Source: Candidatus Dadabacteria bacterium (GTDB lineage Bacteria > Desulfobacterota_D > UBA1144 > Nemesobacterales > CSP1-2). From it: a stretch of 64,000 nucleotides of DNA. Shown one piece after another: positions 1-10,670 of the stretch. Numbering within the stretch: position 1 is the first letter of the stretch; each line of letters opens with the position of its first letter. A program made the position numbers and the translations under genes. The stretch covers positions 1,022,297-1,086,296 of the forward strand of contig CAWDVW010000005.1 of the NCBI GenBank assembly GCA_963805855.1, given 5' to 3'. The notes under the pieces were generated by a model. It searched no databases, was not told where the DNA came from, and saw nothing but the letters and a program-made list of their open reading frames with translations.

Positions 1-411
1 AAATCCACCCACACCGAGAAAAATCTATGGTCTAAGGTAGACGAGGACCTCAGCAATGTATTGATGGGTAAGGCAGACGTAGGACAAATTGTCTCTCGAA
101 GAAAAAAACACGGGCCTATCTATGTAAAGACGATCCCCAAAAATCCACCTCGTGTGGAGGTAGATAACGAATCCTCCGAATTCTCAACAATTATCGATGT
201 TTATACACATGACCGTGTAGGACTCCTTTACGACATAACAAAAGCCATAACCAATCTGGGACTTTCAATTACATACGCAAAAATCTCCACTAAGGTCGAC
301 CAGGTGGCAGATGTTTTTTATGTAAACGAAATAAATGGGGGTAAGGTTCACGATCAAATCAAACTGAATCAAATTAAATCAATGTTAAAAACAATAGATT
401 CCGGAGATTGA
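1..411 (+). CDS. glnD: [protein-PII] uridylyltransferase, C-terminal ACT domain (5' partial, runs off window edge)
   Basis: Frame is open from base 1; TIIDVYTHDRVGLLYDIT...AKISTKVDQVADVFYV is the typical second ACT domain of GlnD. Confidence 0.85.
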   Translation, partial: KSTHTEKNLWSKVDEDLSNVLMGKADVGQIVSRRKKHGPIYVKTIPKNPPRVEVDNESSEFSTIIDVYTHDRVGLLYDITKAITNLGLSITYAKISTKVDQVADVFYVNEINGGKVHDQIKLNQIKSMLKTIDSGD

Positions 412-471
412 AGACTTATGAGAAATCTTCTTTCAGTCAGTATGCTTTTGATTCTAATACACTAAAGAAAA

Positions 472-2082
472 ATGGTCCAGTCCGAAAAATTAGCAGATGA
501 TAAGCTTGAAGCGCCTTTTCTTGTTGTGGGAAGTGGGTTAGCGGGGCTTTATGCCGCGCTTTACGCTTCAAATTTTGGCGATGTAATTCTGCTTACAAAA
601 TCTACACTCGAAGAGAGCAACAGCTATTGGGCACAGGGTGGCATAGCCGCCGCGATGGACCCGGAAGATTCACCACTATATCATCTTGAAGATACAATCA
701 AAGCCGGAAGGGGTATTTGCAATGAAAAGGCCGTCGAGATACTCGTGCGTGAAGGTAGGGAAAGAGTCCTGGATCTAATTAATCTCGGGATGAAGTTTGA
801 CTCTACCGATAGGGGTTTTGAGCTCGGATTAGAAGGGGGACATACAAAAAGACGAGTTCTCCACTCGGGTGGGAATTCAACGGGAAAAGAGATTGTTGAA
901 TTTTTGATATCCTCTGTAAAAAAGTTGAAAAGAATTTTGATACTGGAAAGTACAGCCGTAGAGACATTGATATCCGATGGGAAAACATGTTTCGGGGCAT
1001 TAGCCTTCAAACAAACACCATCGAATAGGATACCCATCGTCTCGGGTGCGACTATACTCGCAACCGGTGGCGCTGCTGCGCTGTATTCAAGAACCACGAA
1101 TCCTCCCGGTGCAACTGGGGAGGGGATTTCGCTAGCGTACAGATCGGGTGCTGAAATCACGGATATCGAATTTGTTCAGTTTCACCCGACAACGCTTTAC
1201 GCTAAGAACGGCGGTGGATTCCTGATCAGCGAAGCTGTGAGGGGTGAAGGCGCACATCTCCTGAATAAGGATGGAGAAAGATTCATGCTTCGTTACCATG
1301 AGCTCGGAGAGCTAGCCCCGAGGGATATAGTATCGAAGGCCATATTTAATGAAATCAAAACATCAGGCGAAGACTGCGTATTCCTATCTCTCAAGCACCT
1401 GGACAAGGCGTTTGTAAGAAAGCGGTTTGCAAATATACATAATATGTGCTCTAAATCTGGAATCGATTTCAGCAGTGATTTAATCCCCGTAGCCCCGGCT
1501 GCCCATTATACAATCGGAGGCGTTAAGACAGGCCTAATGGGAGAAACCAGCATAAAAGGTTTATTCGCTTGCGGAGAGGTTGCATGCACTGGGGTTCACG
1601 GTGCCAACAGACTGGCAAGCAACTCACTTCTTGAGTGCATCGTTTTCGCCAAACGGGCGGTCGACGGCGCAAGAAATAATGGCGCCCCTATTAAAAATAG
1701 AGATCACGGGTCTATCAATAAATACAACCAACCCTTTCTTGGTCATCAAAGTTCTCAAAATGAGGCATCTTTCAAAATCAAAAATATTGTCGTGGAGTTA
1801 ATGAACCAAAATGTCGGAATAATTCGTAGTGATGAAGGGTTAAGGAATTCAATCAGAGAACTAGAAAAAATATCGATCTCGACAAATGAACTAAGCGGCT
1901 ACTATAAGCACAGGATGCAAAATATTATTGAGCTCTGTAAACTCACCGCAAATGCAGCCCTCCTGAGGAAAGAATCGAGGGGAGTACACATCAGGGGGGA
2001 TTTTCCGGACGAAGACCCAGAATTTAGGGCTCATATCGTGTGGAAAAGAGGATTCGAACCGACAATAATCAAGGGTAACTAG
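472..2082 (+). CDS. nadB: L-aspartate oxidase
   Basis: GSGLAG FAD motif, SYWAQGGIAA, FVQFHPT, GVHGANRLASNSLLE; clustered with nadC and nadA. Confidence 0.95.
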   Translation: MVQSEKLADDKLEAPFLVVGSGLAGLYAALYASNFGDVILLTKSTLEESNSYWAQGGIAAAMDPEDSPLYHLEDTIKAGRGICNEKAVEILVREGRERVLDLINLGMKFDSTDRGFELGLEGGHTKRRVLHSGGNSTGKEIVEFLISSVKKLKRILILESTAVETLISDGKTCFGALAFKQTPSNRIPIVSGATILATGGAAALYSRTTNPPGATGEGISLAYRSGAEITDIEFVQFHPTTLYAKNGGGFLISEAVRGEGAHLLNKDGERFMLRYHELGELAPRDIVSKAIFNEIKTSGEDCVFLSLKHLDKAFVRKRFANIHNMCSKSGIDFSSDLIPVAPAAHYTIGGVKTGLMGETSIKGLFACGEVACTGVHGANRLASNSLLECIVFAKRAVDGARNNGAPIKNRDHGSINKYNQPFLGHQSSQNEASFKIKNIVVELMNQNVGIIRSDEGLRNSIRELEKISISTNELSGYYKHRMQNIIELCKLTANAALLRKESRGVHIRGDFPDEDPEFRAHIVWKRGFEPTIIKGN

Positions 2083-2205
2083 TCTCGATCACTTCTTTTA
2101 ATTTACATTCTGAAAAATAAAGGTACAATTATTGGTTAGAGTTTTCTTAATTTTAGAAGCATTATATTTGAATAGGAACTTAATTATTTTTCACGGAGAT
2201 CGCTG

Positions 2206-4050
2206 ATGGAAAGGCCAGAAGAGAGACTAGATAAAGTCACTGTAAAATTTGCGGGGGATTCCGGGGACGGCATTCAGGTATTGGGAGACCAATTTGGCAA
2301 TGTAACGGCAGTGGTAGGCAATGACTTTGCCACATTGCCCGACTTTCCTGCCGAAATAAGAGCACCCCAAGGAACAACAGCCGGAGTATCCTCCTACCAG
2401 ATTCAATTTGCCGCGTTCGACATCCATACACCCGGAGATAAACCCGATGTGCTGGTCGCGTTCAATCCAGCCGCTCTCAAGGTGAACATGCAATTCGTAA
2501 AACCGGGTGGAATCATCGTAGCAAATGAAGATGAATTTACCGAACAAAACCTTAAAAAAGTTGGTTTCGATTCTAATCCACTTGAAGATGATTCGCTCCA
2601 TTCCTTCAGGGTTTATAAGGTCCCAATAACAAAACTTACACTCGAAGCACTCAAGGATGACACTATTGGGCACAGTGACAAGCTAAGATGCAAAAATTTT
2701 CTTGCACTTGGAGTGATCTCCTGGTTATTCTCGCGGCCACTTGATCCCGTTATAAATTTTCTAGATAAACGTTTCAAGGCCAAGCCGGAAATTATGGAAG
2801 CCAATGTTAAAGCATTGAGAGCGGGATACAACATTTGCGACACTATGGAAATCTTCCCGGTACACTATCAGATCCCACCGGCAAAGCTAGCACCGGGGAA
2901 ATACAGGAATGTTAATGGCTCACTTGCCACGGTATACGGATTGATTGTAGCCGCAGATAGGTGTAATCTACCGCTCATTTATTCAGGTTACCCTATCACG
3001 CCGGCAAGTGACATTTTGCAACTCCTTTCGGCTCTCAAGCATCACGGGGTTGTATCTGTACAAACAGAAGACGAGATAGCTGCGATATCTATGGCTATAG
3101 GCTCATGTTATTCCGGCGCACTTGGTGTAACAGGGACGAGCGGACCGGGACTTGCTTTGAAAATAGAGGCACTGAACCTCGCCACTATGACCGAATTGCC
3201 ACTGGTAGTATTTGATTTCCAGCGTTCTGGAATTTCGACCGGCCTGCCTACAAAAACGGAACAAGGCGACCTGCTTTTTGCCCTCTTTGGAAGACCCTCT
3301 GACTCTCATGTAATTGTGCTGGCACCGTGCTCACCCTCAGACTGCTTCTGGACATCCATTGAAGCCATAAAGCTAGCCACCAAGTATATGACACCTGTAG
3401 TTGTTCTTTCCGAACAGTTTCTACTTCATTCTTCAGAGCCATGGAAATTGCCGGATTATGATAAGATACCTCCAATAGAGGTAAACTTCAGAACCGATCC
3501 AGAGGGTTATTATCCCTATATGAGGGATGATAAGACATTTGCAAGGCCATGGGTGAAATTGGGCACTCCCGGACTTGAGCACAGGATAGGTGGTCTTGAA
3601 AAAAGCAACATATACGGAAACGTTTCTTACGACCCCGAGAATCACGATTTCATGACTAAGACAAGGGCGCAAAAAATACAAAAGGTCCTCCAAGATATTC
3701 CCGACGTAGAGGTTACGGGTCACCCTGAAGCGGAAATGATTGTGGTGGGTTGGGGAAGTACATACGGACATATAACGGCAGCCGTTGAATTGGCAATGCA
3801 GGAGGGCATGAAAATAGCGATGACCCACCTCCGACACCTCAATCCATTGCCAAAAAATCTTGGAGACGTACTTAGAAGTTACAAAAAGGTGCTCGTTCCC
3901 GAATTAAATCTGGGTCAACTCAACTTTGTCCTTCGTGCCAAGTATCTTGTTGACACAAAGGGTTATGATAGAATCACGGGAAAGCCTTTTGACGTTAGTG
4001 AACTGTTAGAATTCTTTAAAGAAGAATATAAAGGACTTAAAAGGCATTAA
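2206..4050 (+). CDS. korA: 2-oxoacid:ferredoxin oxidoreductase alpha subunit (gamma-alpha fused)
   Basis: FAGDSGDG, PAEIRAP, GYPITPAS, EDEIAA, TSGPG motifs; substrate specificity cannot be determined. Confidence 0.9.
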   Translation: MERPEERLDKVTVKFAGDSGDGIQVLGDQFGNVTAVVGNDFATLPDFPAEIRAPQGTTAGVSSYQIQFAAFDIHTPGDKPDVLVAFNPAALKVNMQFVKPGGIIVANEDEFTEQNLKKVGFDSNPLEDDSLHSFRVYKVPITKLTLEALKDDTIGHSDKLRCKNFLALGVISWLFSRPLDPVINFLDKRFKAKPEIMEANVKALRAGYNICDTMEIFPVHYQIPPAKLAPGKYRNVNGSLATVYGLIVAADRCNLPLIYSGYPITPASDILQLLSALKHHGVVSVQTEDEIAAISMAIGSCYSGALGVTGTSGPGLALKIEALNLATMTELPLVVFDFQRSGISTGLPTKTEQGDLLFALFGRPSDSHVIVLAPCSPSDCFWTSIEAIKLATKYMTPVVVLSEQFLLHSSEPWKLPDYDKIPPIEVNFRTDPEGYYPYMRDDKTFARPWVKLGTPGLEHRIGGLEKSNIYGNVSYDPENHDFMTKTRAQKIQKVLQDIPDVEVTGHPEAEMIVVGWGSTYGHITAAVELAMQEGMKIAMTHLRHLNPLPKNLGDVLRSYKKVLVPELNLGQLNFVLRAKYLVDTKGYDRITGKPFDVSELLEFFKEEYKGLKRH

Positions 4051-4085
4051 TAAGAAATATTGAATAAAGAGGAGACAAAATTGTA

Positions 4086-5108
4086 ATGAGCACTACAACG
4101 GAACATATTGAGCAAATAAAATACAAATCTACCGATTTCAAGTCTGATCAGGAAATAAGATGGTGTCCGGGATGCGAGGACTACGCCATATTAAAGGCGT
4201 TTCAGACGGCTCTAGCTGAAATTGGGATCCCAAAGGAAAAACACGCTGTAATATCCGGAATCGGATGTTCAGCACGTCTACCATACTACATGGATACTTA
4301 TGGCTTCCACACAATCCATGGCAGGGCAATCCCAGTCGCTACCGGTGTTAAGGTAGCAAATCCTGACCTTTCTGTATGGGTAATTACCGGAGACGGCGAT
4401 GGAATTTCAATTGGGGGTAATCACCTTATACATGTCATGAGGAGAAATGTTGATCTTACGATATTGCTCTTTGATAACAAGGTATATGGGCTCACGAAGG
4501 GGCAGTACTCGCCAACGAGCGACAAGGGAACAATAAATAAATCGGCACCGATGGGTTCCATAGAGGAACCTGTGCAACCCGTTACGCTTGCGCTCGCATC
4601 CGGTGCGACTTTTGTTGCTAGGACGTCCGCTTCCTATGTCCAGCATCTGAAAAATCTAATAATTGAAGCGCACAAACATAAAGGCACCTCATTTATTCAC
4701 ATCTATCAGAACTGCTATGTATATAACGATGAGGCTTTTGACTATTTCACCGCAAAATCCGTCAGGAATGATAGAAACATCTTTCTCGAACATGGAAAGC
4801 CGATGATTTATGGGAAAAATAGCGACAAAGGAATAAGGTTCAAGAGTGGAACAATCGAGATTGCCGAATTCGAGTCCGGGAACCCACCTGATGATATTAT
4901 CGCACATGACGAGACAGACCTCTCTCTTGCCTACACATTATCGAAAGTGTCTTGGCCAAAATACCCAGTCCCCATGGGTGTCATCAGAAGAGTTGAAAGA
5001 CCGACATTTGAAGGGCAAATATACGAGCAAGTAGATAGAGCAAAAAAGAAATTTCAACCGGATCTTAAGAAGCTAATTTATTCCAGCGATGTTTGGGAAG
5101 TCAAATAA
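4086..5108 (+). CDS. korB: 2-oxoacid:ferredoxin oxidoreductase beta subunit (TPP-binding)
   Basis: RWCPGC, SGIGCS, HTIHGR, GDGD...GGNH, YGLTKGQ motifs. Confidence 0.9.
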   Translation: MSTTTEHIEQIKYKSTDFKSDQEIRWCPGCEDYAILKAFQTALAEIGIPKEKHAVISGIGCSARLPYYMDTYGFHTIHGRAIPVATGVKVANPDLSVWVITGDGDGISIGGNHLIHVMRRNVDLTILLFDNKVYGLTKGQYSPTSDKGTINKSAPMGSIEEPVQPVTLALASGATFVARTSASYVQHLKNLIIEAHKHKGTSFIHIYQNCYVYNDEAFDYFTAKSVRNDRNIFLEHGKPMIYGKNSDKGIRFKSGTIEIAEFESGNPPDDIIAHDETDLSLAYTLSKVSWPKYPVPMGVIRRVERPTFEGQIYEQVDRAKKKFQPDLKKLIYSSDVWEVK

Positions 5109-5206
5109 ATAGGCCTAATTCGGGCGCTTCTGAACCTGTCCAATACGTTTTATCCCGCGACCACTCATCCCGGTAGTCGTCCAACCTAATAACTCTAGAA
5201 AATAAA

Positions 5207-6052
5207 ATGAAGGTCACAAACCTGGACTGGAACCAAGTAGATTTGATCATCGAAAATGCCCTGAAGGAAGATATCGGAGAAGGGGATGTTACCACCGACC
5301 TGCTTTATCCGGAGGATATTAGATGTGATGCCATTATTCAGGCTAAAGAACAAGGAATTATGGCCGGTCTTCCAATAGCCGAAAGGATTTTTAAAAAGCT
5401 AAATAATGATATCCAATGGGTTGAGAATAAAAGAGATGGTGAAAGCGTAGCAAAAGGCGATATTCTCGTCAAAATCCATGGATCTGAAAAGGCAATTCTC
5501 ACTGGAGAGCGAGTCGCCCTGAACTTTATACAAAGGCTCTCAGGTATTGCAACGCTAACATCAAAATTTGTGAAAGCTGTCGAGGGTCTATCGGCAAAAA
5601 TAACCGACACACGAAAGACAGTCCCGGGCCTCAGAATCCTCGACAAATATGCAGTCCGCACCGGCGGTGGTCACAATCATCGCATGGGACTGTTTGACGG
5701 AATCTTGATTAAAGATAATCACCTGAAGCTCATAGGAAGCATTACCGAGGCAATAAGCAGAATTAAGAAAATGACGGGAGGCCGATTTCAAATAGAGGTT
5801 GAAACATCAAGGCTAGAAGAGGTGAGAGAAGCACTGGCCGCCGGCGCTGATATAATAATGCTCGATAACATGTCCCTAAACACAATGAGAAAATCGGTTG
5901 AGATGATAAACGGTAGGGCGCTAATCGAGGCCTCGGGTGGAATTACCCTGAGAAATGTAAGAAAAGTTGCGGAAACCGGGGTCAATATAATTTCAATAGG
6001 CTCATTAACACATTCTCCCAAGGCTTTAGACATCAGTCTATATCTGGTATAG
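5207..6052 (+). CDS. nadC: Nicotinate-nucleotide diphosphorylase (carboxylating), QAPRTase
   Basis: ALKEDIGEGDVTT, DTRKTVPG, HRMGLFD, IKDNH, MLDNM, EASGGI. Confidence 0.95.
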   Translation: MKVTNLDWNQVDLIIENALKEDIGEGDVTTDLLYPEDIRCDAIIQAKEQGIMAGLPIAERIFKKLNNDIQWVENKRDGESVAKGDILVKIHGSEKAILTGERVALNFIQRLSGIATLTSKFVKAVEGLSAKITDTRKTVPGLRILDKYAVRTGGGHNHRMGLFDGILIKDNHLKLIGSITEAISRIKKMTGGRFQIEVETSRLEEVREALAAGADIIMLDNMSLNTMRKSVEMINGRALIEASGGITLRNVRKVAETGVNIISIGSLTHSPKALDISLYLV

Positions 6053-6093
6053 TTTTACACATTATTGAATGGGGAAAGGAAGGTTTTAATAAA

Positions 6094-7044
6094 ATGGAAG
6101 ACCGTACTTTGGTAGTGGAAGAAATCAACAGGCTCAGAAATGAAAAGAATGCCATTATCATTGCTCACAACTATCAAGTTCCAGAGGTCCAGGAAATTGC
6201 CGATTTCACGGGTGATTCTCTCGCCCTGTCTCAGCTTGCAGGAAAGACAGATGCCGATGTAATAGTTTTCTGCGGCGTTCATTTCATGGCTGAGACAGCG
6301 TCAATCATATCTCCAGATAAAAGGGTCTTAATACCCGATCTGGAGGCCGGATGTTCCCTTTCTGATACTATAACAGCCCAACAACTGAGAAAATGGAAAA
6401 GCGACCATCCAGGTGCAGTTGTTGTTTCCTACGTTAACACATCAGCCGAGGTAAAAGCAGAAAGCGATTATTGTTGTACCTCATCAAACGCAGTAAAAAT
6501 TGTGAGTTCTATTCCTGAGGAAAAGGAAATACTTTTTCTCCCTGATATGTTCCTTGGGGCCTATGTCGGGAAGGTCACTGGTAGAAAGATTCACCTATGG
6601 CTGGGAGAGTGCCATGTTCACGCGGGAATAAGACCAAAGGATATCAAACAAATTGGAGATGCTCACCCTGATGCAGAAATGTTAATCCATCCTGAATGCG
6701 GTTGCACAACCTCGTTCATTTACCATACATGTAATGGTTTCGACGGAGATAAAAACGTTCATATCCTCTCAACAGGAGGTATGATTGAATATGCGAAGAG
6801 CTCTGACTCGAGTGAATTTATAGTGGCTACAGAAACGGGGATGCTCCACAGGTTGAGAAAAGATAACCCCGGAAAAGCCTTTTATCCAGCAAACGAGAAT
6901 GCTGTTTGCAAGTACATGAAAATGATTACGATAGAAAAGGTTCTCAGCTCACTTCAAGACGATAAATACGAGGTAAAGGTACCAGAAGAGATCGCTGAAA
7001 AGGCAAAACAAGCCATTGACCGGATGCTAGAGCTTTCACATTAA
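6094..7044 (+). CDS. nadA: Quinolinate synthase
   Basis: AHNYQ, CGVHFMAE, AGCSL, YVN, CHVH, HPEC, CKYM (three Fe-S cysteines). Confidence 0.95.
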   Translation: MEDRTLVVEEINRLRNEKNAIIIAHNYQVPEVQEIADFTGDSLALSQLAGKTDADVIVFCGVHFMAETASIISPDKRVLIPDLEAGCSLSDTITAQQLRKWKSDHPGAVVVSYVNTSAEVKAESDYCCTSSNAVKIVSSIPEEKEILFLPDMFLGAYVGKVTGRKIHLWLGECHVHAGIRPKDIKQIGDAHPDAEMLIHPECGCTTSFIYHTCNGFDGDKNVHILSTGGMIEYAKSSDSSEFIVATETGMLHRLRKDNPGKAFYPANENAVCKYMKMITIEKVLSSLQDDKYEVKVPEEIAEKAKQAIDRMLELSH

Positions 7045-7670
7045 GGCTTTTTATCTATAAAAAATCTCGGTTTACTTTGTTTGAAACTGTTCTCAAACCA
7101 CACATCGAACTCGTCTTCACCTTCTCTATCAATGTTTTCCTTGTCCAAATTCCAGGTCAGTGGGTTATTCTTAATGTATTCACGTATTCGGGTTAAGGAG
7201 TCCTCATCCCTGATGATGTGCTCATAATAATTCCGTTGCCATACTGAGACATTTGCTGTATCCCGTATAGCATTTATTTGTTTTGAGGATTTCATTTTAA
7301 ACGTTCCAACAATTTTAGGAATTAACATTTGACGTCGTTTCATTTTATGATTTCTGTTTTGTAGGGGCACTTCATGAATTGCCCCTACCTTCTCTTCAAC
7401 CATAATAATTCCATGCACATGATTAGGCATCACAACAAAGGCATCTGTTTTTACATTTGGATATAACTGGTTCAGATCCTTCCAAAAACCTAATATAATC
7501 TTTCCATAATTATTGATCGTAAACTTCCCAGCAACATCTTTACCGAATAAACATAACCTATCCTTTGTACAAATCGTGAGAAAATACGCCCCAGCCTGCG
7601 AATAATCATATTCGTTCAAGCGAATAGATCGTCGACCTTTTCCAGAAACAGTAGACATTTTTATTCTCAA
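7041..7670 (-). CDS. REP-associated tyrosine transposase (RAYT, Y1 HUH family)
   Basis: RRSIRL.EYDYSQAGAYFLTICT, HUH motif MPNHVHGI, WQRNYYEHIIR, YIKNNP; the start may be the ATG at 7658. Confidence 0.9.
   Translation of the reverse strand: MRIKMSTVSGKGRRSIRLNEYDYSQAGAYFLTICTKDRLCLFGKDVAGKFTINNYGKIILGFWKDLNQLYPNVKTDAFVVMPNHVHGIIMVEEKVGAIHEVPLQNRNHKMKRRQMLIPKIVGTFKMKSSKQINAIRDTANVSVWQRNYYEHIIRDEDSLTRIREYIKNNPLTWNLDKENIDREGEDEFDVWFENSFKQSKPRFFIDKKP
7361..7388. repeat. GTAG-type REP-like palindrome embedded in the RAYT coding sequence
   Basis: GTAGGGGCA-C-TTCATGAA-T-TGCCCCTAC, a 28-bp palindrome with one mismatched pair; encodes VGAIHEVPL. Confidence 0.75.
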
Positions 7671-9451
7671 TATCCCTCAGTCAAACTGCCGGGCGTCCTT
7701 GGATCGGATGCTCCGTAAAGGAAATCCCCAATTTTCACAACACTTTCGGTGCTACCAATCGTGTTCCCAATCAAAACCCTGTGTCCCATCTCCCTTAAAA
7801 GTCTCACAGCGTCCCCGTTTAATCCCTCCTCAACAACCACTTCATCCGGCAGCCACTGATGATGAACCCTTACCGCATTTGTGGCAGCAGCGATGTTCAT
7901 ATCGAAATCAACGACATTAAGAATAATTTGTAGCACAGCAGTTATAATCCTGCTCCCTCCCGGACTTCCGGTAATCAGATAAGGCTTGTTATCTTTCAAC
8001 ACTATCGTCGGTGTCATTGAACTCAACATTCTTTTCTCAGGCTCGATAGAATTGTACTCACCCCCTATAAGGCCATATGCGTTTGGCACCCCCGGTTTAG
8101 AAGAAAAATCGTCCATCTCATTATTCAATAAGATCCCCGTACCGGGAACCGTAAGCTTTGTTCCATAGCTGAAATTTAGGGTATAGGTATTTGAAACAGC
8201 ATTGCCATGTCTATCAATTACTGAAAAATGCGTGGTATCTACGCCCTCCTTATACCTGCCAGGGGTTCCAGGAGAGATTTTTCCGCTTGGTGTTGCCCTT
8301 TCAGTATTTAATTTCCTCTGCAGCTCGTTCGCATAGTCCTTTGATATCAATCCTGCCACAGGAACAGCAACGAAATCAGGATCTCCAAGATACTTAGATC
8401 TGTCTGCAAAGGCCAGTTTCATCGTCTCGACAAGCGTATGAATCGTCTTAGCAGTATTATGCCCATATAATCCTCTGGGAAATCTCTCAAGTATATTTAG
8501 CATTTGAATCAGATGCACGCCCCCTGAGCTGGGCGGAGGCATTGAATATATATCATATCCCCTGAAGGTACCATGAACAGGCTCACGAATGACAGGGGTA
8601 TAGGAAGCCAGATCTTCAAAGGTAATCAATCCACCATCTCCCTTCATATAATGAACGATTTTCTCAGCTATCTTTCCTTTGTAAAATGCATCCGCGCCAT
8701 TCTGCGCTATTTGTCCGAGGCTCCATGCCAAGTCTTTCTGTCGAAAGGCCTCCCCCTCATCATAAGATGCTCCCCCGTGCTTATAAAATATCTTCATGCT
8801 AGCAGTCGAAGCCATCATCCCATCCTTTACAGTTGTAAGGGATCTTTTAAGCTCCGAGTCCATTGGGAATCCTTTTTCAGCCAACTCGATAGCCGGCCGT
8901 AGGGCTCTTTCTAGGGAGATTGTGCCGTATTTATCGAGGGCCAACGCGAGCCCCGCCACGGTACCGGGAACGCCCACTGCCAGTAAACTGTGGAGTGACT
9001 TTTCACTATCGACATTTCCCTTCTCGTCTAGAAACATATCTCTTGATGCAGCCTTCGGAGCCCTTTCTCTATAATCGATAGCCACCACTTTTTTCGGATC
9101 GGCCATATAGATCAACATAAAGCCACCCCCACCCAAATTACCTGCTCGGGGAAAGGTAACTGCCAGCGTAAACCCAACAGTAACAGCAGCGTCGACGGCG
9201 TTTCCTCCTTCCTTTAACACCTGAAGACCAGCCTCTGTCGCGTACATATTCGCGGATGAGACCATCCCCTTCCTAGCTACGACAGGTTGAAAAATATCCT
9301 TCGGATCGTCGATGGGTAGTTCCTGGGCAGTTAACGCATTGGAAGCAAATAACAAAAGAAGAAATGCGATTACCAAAATCTTCTTCGCATGCATGGGATA
9401 TGGTTTAGTGTTATTTTTAATCATAATGAGGTTACTCAAATTATGAAACAT
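7667..9451 (-). CDS. ggt: Gamma-glutamyltransferase (exported precursor)
   Basis: GGNAVDAA, autocleavage TTHFS, LNNEMDDF, RMLSSMTP, GSPGGSRI; signal peptide after MHAKK (probable true start). Confidence 0.95.
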   Translation of the reverse strand: MFHNLSNLIMIKNNTKPYPMHAKKILVIAFLLLLFASNALTAQELPIDDPKDIFQPVVARKGMVSSANMYATEAGLQVLKEGGNAVDAAVTVGFTLAVTFPRAGNLGGGGFMLIYMADPKKVVAIDYRERAPKAASRDMFLDEKGNVDSEKSLHSLLAVGVPGTVAGLALALDKYGTISLERALRPAIELAEKGFPMDSELKRSLTTVKDGMMASTASMKIFYKHGGASYDEGEAFRQKDLAWSLGQIAQNGADAFYKGKIAEKIVHYMKGDGGLITFEDLASYTPVIREPVHGTFRGYDIYSMPPPSSGGVHLIQMLNILERFPRGLYGHNTAKTIHTLVETMKLAFADRSKYLGDPDFVAVPVAGLISKDYANELQRKLNTERATPSGKISPGTPGRYKEGVDTTHFSVIDRHGNAVSNTYTLNFSYGTKLTVPGTGILLNNEMDDFSSKPGVPNAYGLIGGEYNSIEPEKRMLSSMTPTIVLKDNKPYLITGSPGGSRIITAVLQIILNVVDFDMNIAAATNAVRVHHQWLPDEVVVEEGLNGDAVRLLREMGHRVLIGNTIGSTESVVKIGDFLYGASDPRTPGSLTEGY

Positions 9452-9685
9452 ACATAATGTATAAAATATTTCCGTTAATCAAAGCAGTCTTCGTCTACAA
9501 TGCAGGATTCTTAAGGACAACCGGTTACGGAATTTTCAATTTAGCAATCTTGGATTGGAGGTGGGCGATGTCCGGAAAAGAGATTTTGTACTAGCCGAGA
9601 AGAAAGAAAGCAATCTCCTCGACTTCTTCCTTGAACGAAACCCAGATAAATTAGCTTTCTTAAACTTCAATGAATCTAGGACTAG

Positions 9686-10507
9686 CTAGGGTGTAAAACA
9701 CTCATCGGGCAACTTCCTTACGATTCTCGTACTGGGCTTGTCCTTAGCTTCTAATTCCTGTCGCCTTACCCTCGGTGTTAACCACCAGGCCAAATCACTG
9801 CCACAGCCGATCCCTTCCGTAACCGCTTCCTGCGGCCTGCACAATGGATTATCATCCGGGCAGCGAAGGCGCACATGAAAGTGACCGTCATGCCCCCACC
9901 AAGGCCTTATCTTTTCCAACCACTGCTCGCCTGGAAACATCTCGCAAAGTCTTTTTTTTATTACCGGATTAACGAAAATTCTTTCAACATCAATGTATGA
10001 GGCAGCCAGTTTTAAGATTTTGGCATGCAGAGGACTCCACTTGGTCGGGTCAATACCTGTAAGATTGGGGTTTAGTAAAGACAGGGGCTCAATCATTTCT
10101 CTCTCGGCAAGGGTGAGACTTCTTACCGTAGCAATTGGATGCTGCCAGAACAGAATGTCGGCATCAAGGCCGATCTGATGACTGCTATGTCCATCCGGCA
10201 TAGGCCCGCCGTTTTTCTGTGAAAGATCACCAATCAGCAAAGTTGCTCCGTATAAACCGTAGGCCTCTCTAGCCAGGGACTGGATAAATTTAATGAGCTC
10301 AGGGTGTCCGTAAAACCTGTCCCTGCTCAGCCTGATGACCTGATAACCTACGCCGTCTCGAGGCAGCGCGGAAGAGTGTTTGATACAACCCGCCGTATAA
10401 AAACCAATGGTCTGTGCCTTTGCAAGCTCTGAGGCATTTAATTCACGTAATGATTGTAAAGATATTATAAGAAAAATAGTAAGATAAAAGTACTTAAGTT
10501 GTTTCAT
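9686..10507 (-). CDS. mepA: Penicillin-insensitive murein endopeptidase
   Basis: IGFYTAGCI, RFYGHP, GHSSHQIGLDADI, RPWWGHDGHFHVRLRCP. Confidence 0.9.
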   Translation of the reverse strand: MKQLKYFYLTIFLIISLQSLRELNASELAKAQTIGFYTAGCIKHSSALPRDGVGYQVIRLSRDRFYGHPELIKFIQSLAREAYGLYGATLLIGDLSQKNGGPMPDGHSSHQIGLDADILFWQHPIATVRSLTLAEREMIEPLSLLNPNLTGIDPTKWSPLHAKILKLAASYIDVERIFVNPVIKKRLCEMFPGEQWLEKIRPWWGHDGHFHVRLRCPDDNPLCRPQEAVTEGIGCGSDLAWWLTPRVRRQELEAKDKPSTRIVRKLPDECFTP

Positions 10508-10670
10508 TCTCCATCCACAAAATACAAGGCCCTAAAATAATTAATAAGTTTTTCTATTCTAAACTAAAAATCCTACCAAATCACTATCTATAGCAAAATA
10601 TACGAAATAGATCTCTCCCAACTAATTTACTAACATAGAAGGCAAATCGAAAAGTGCTAAGTCACATCTT

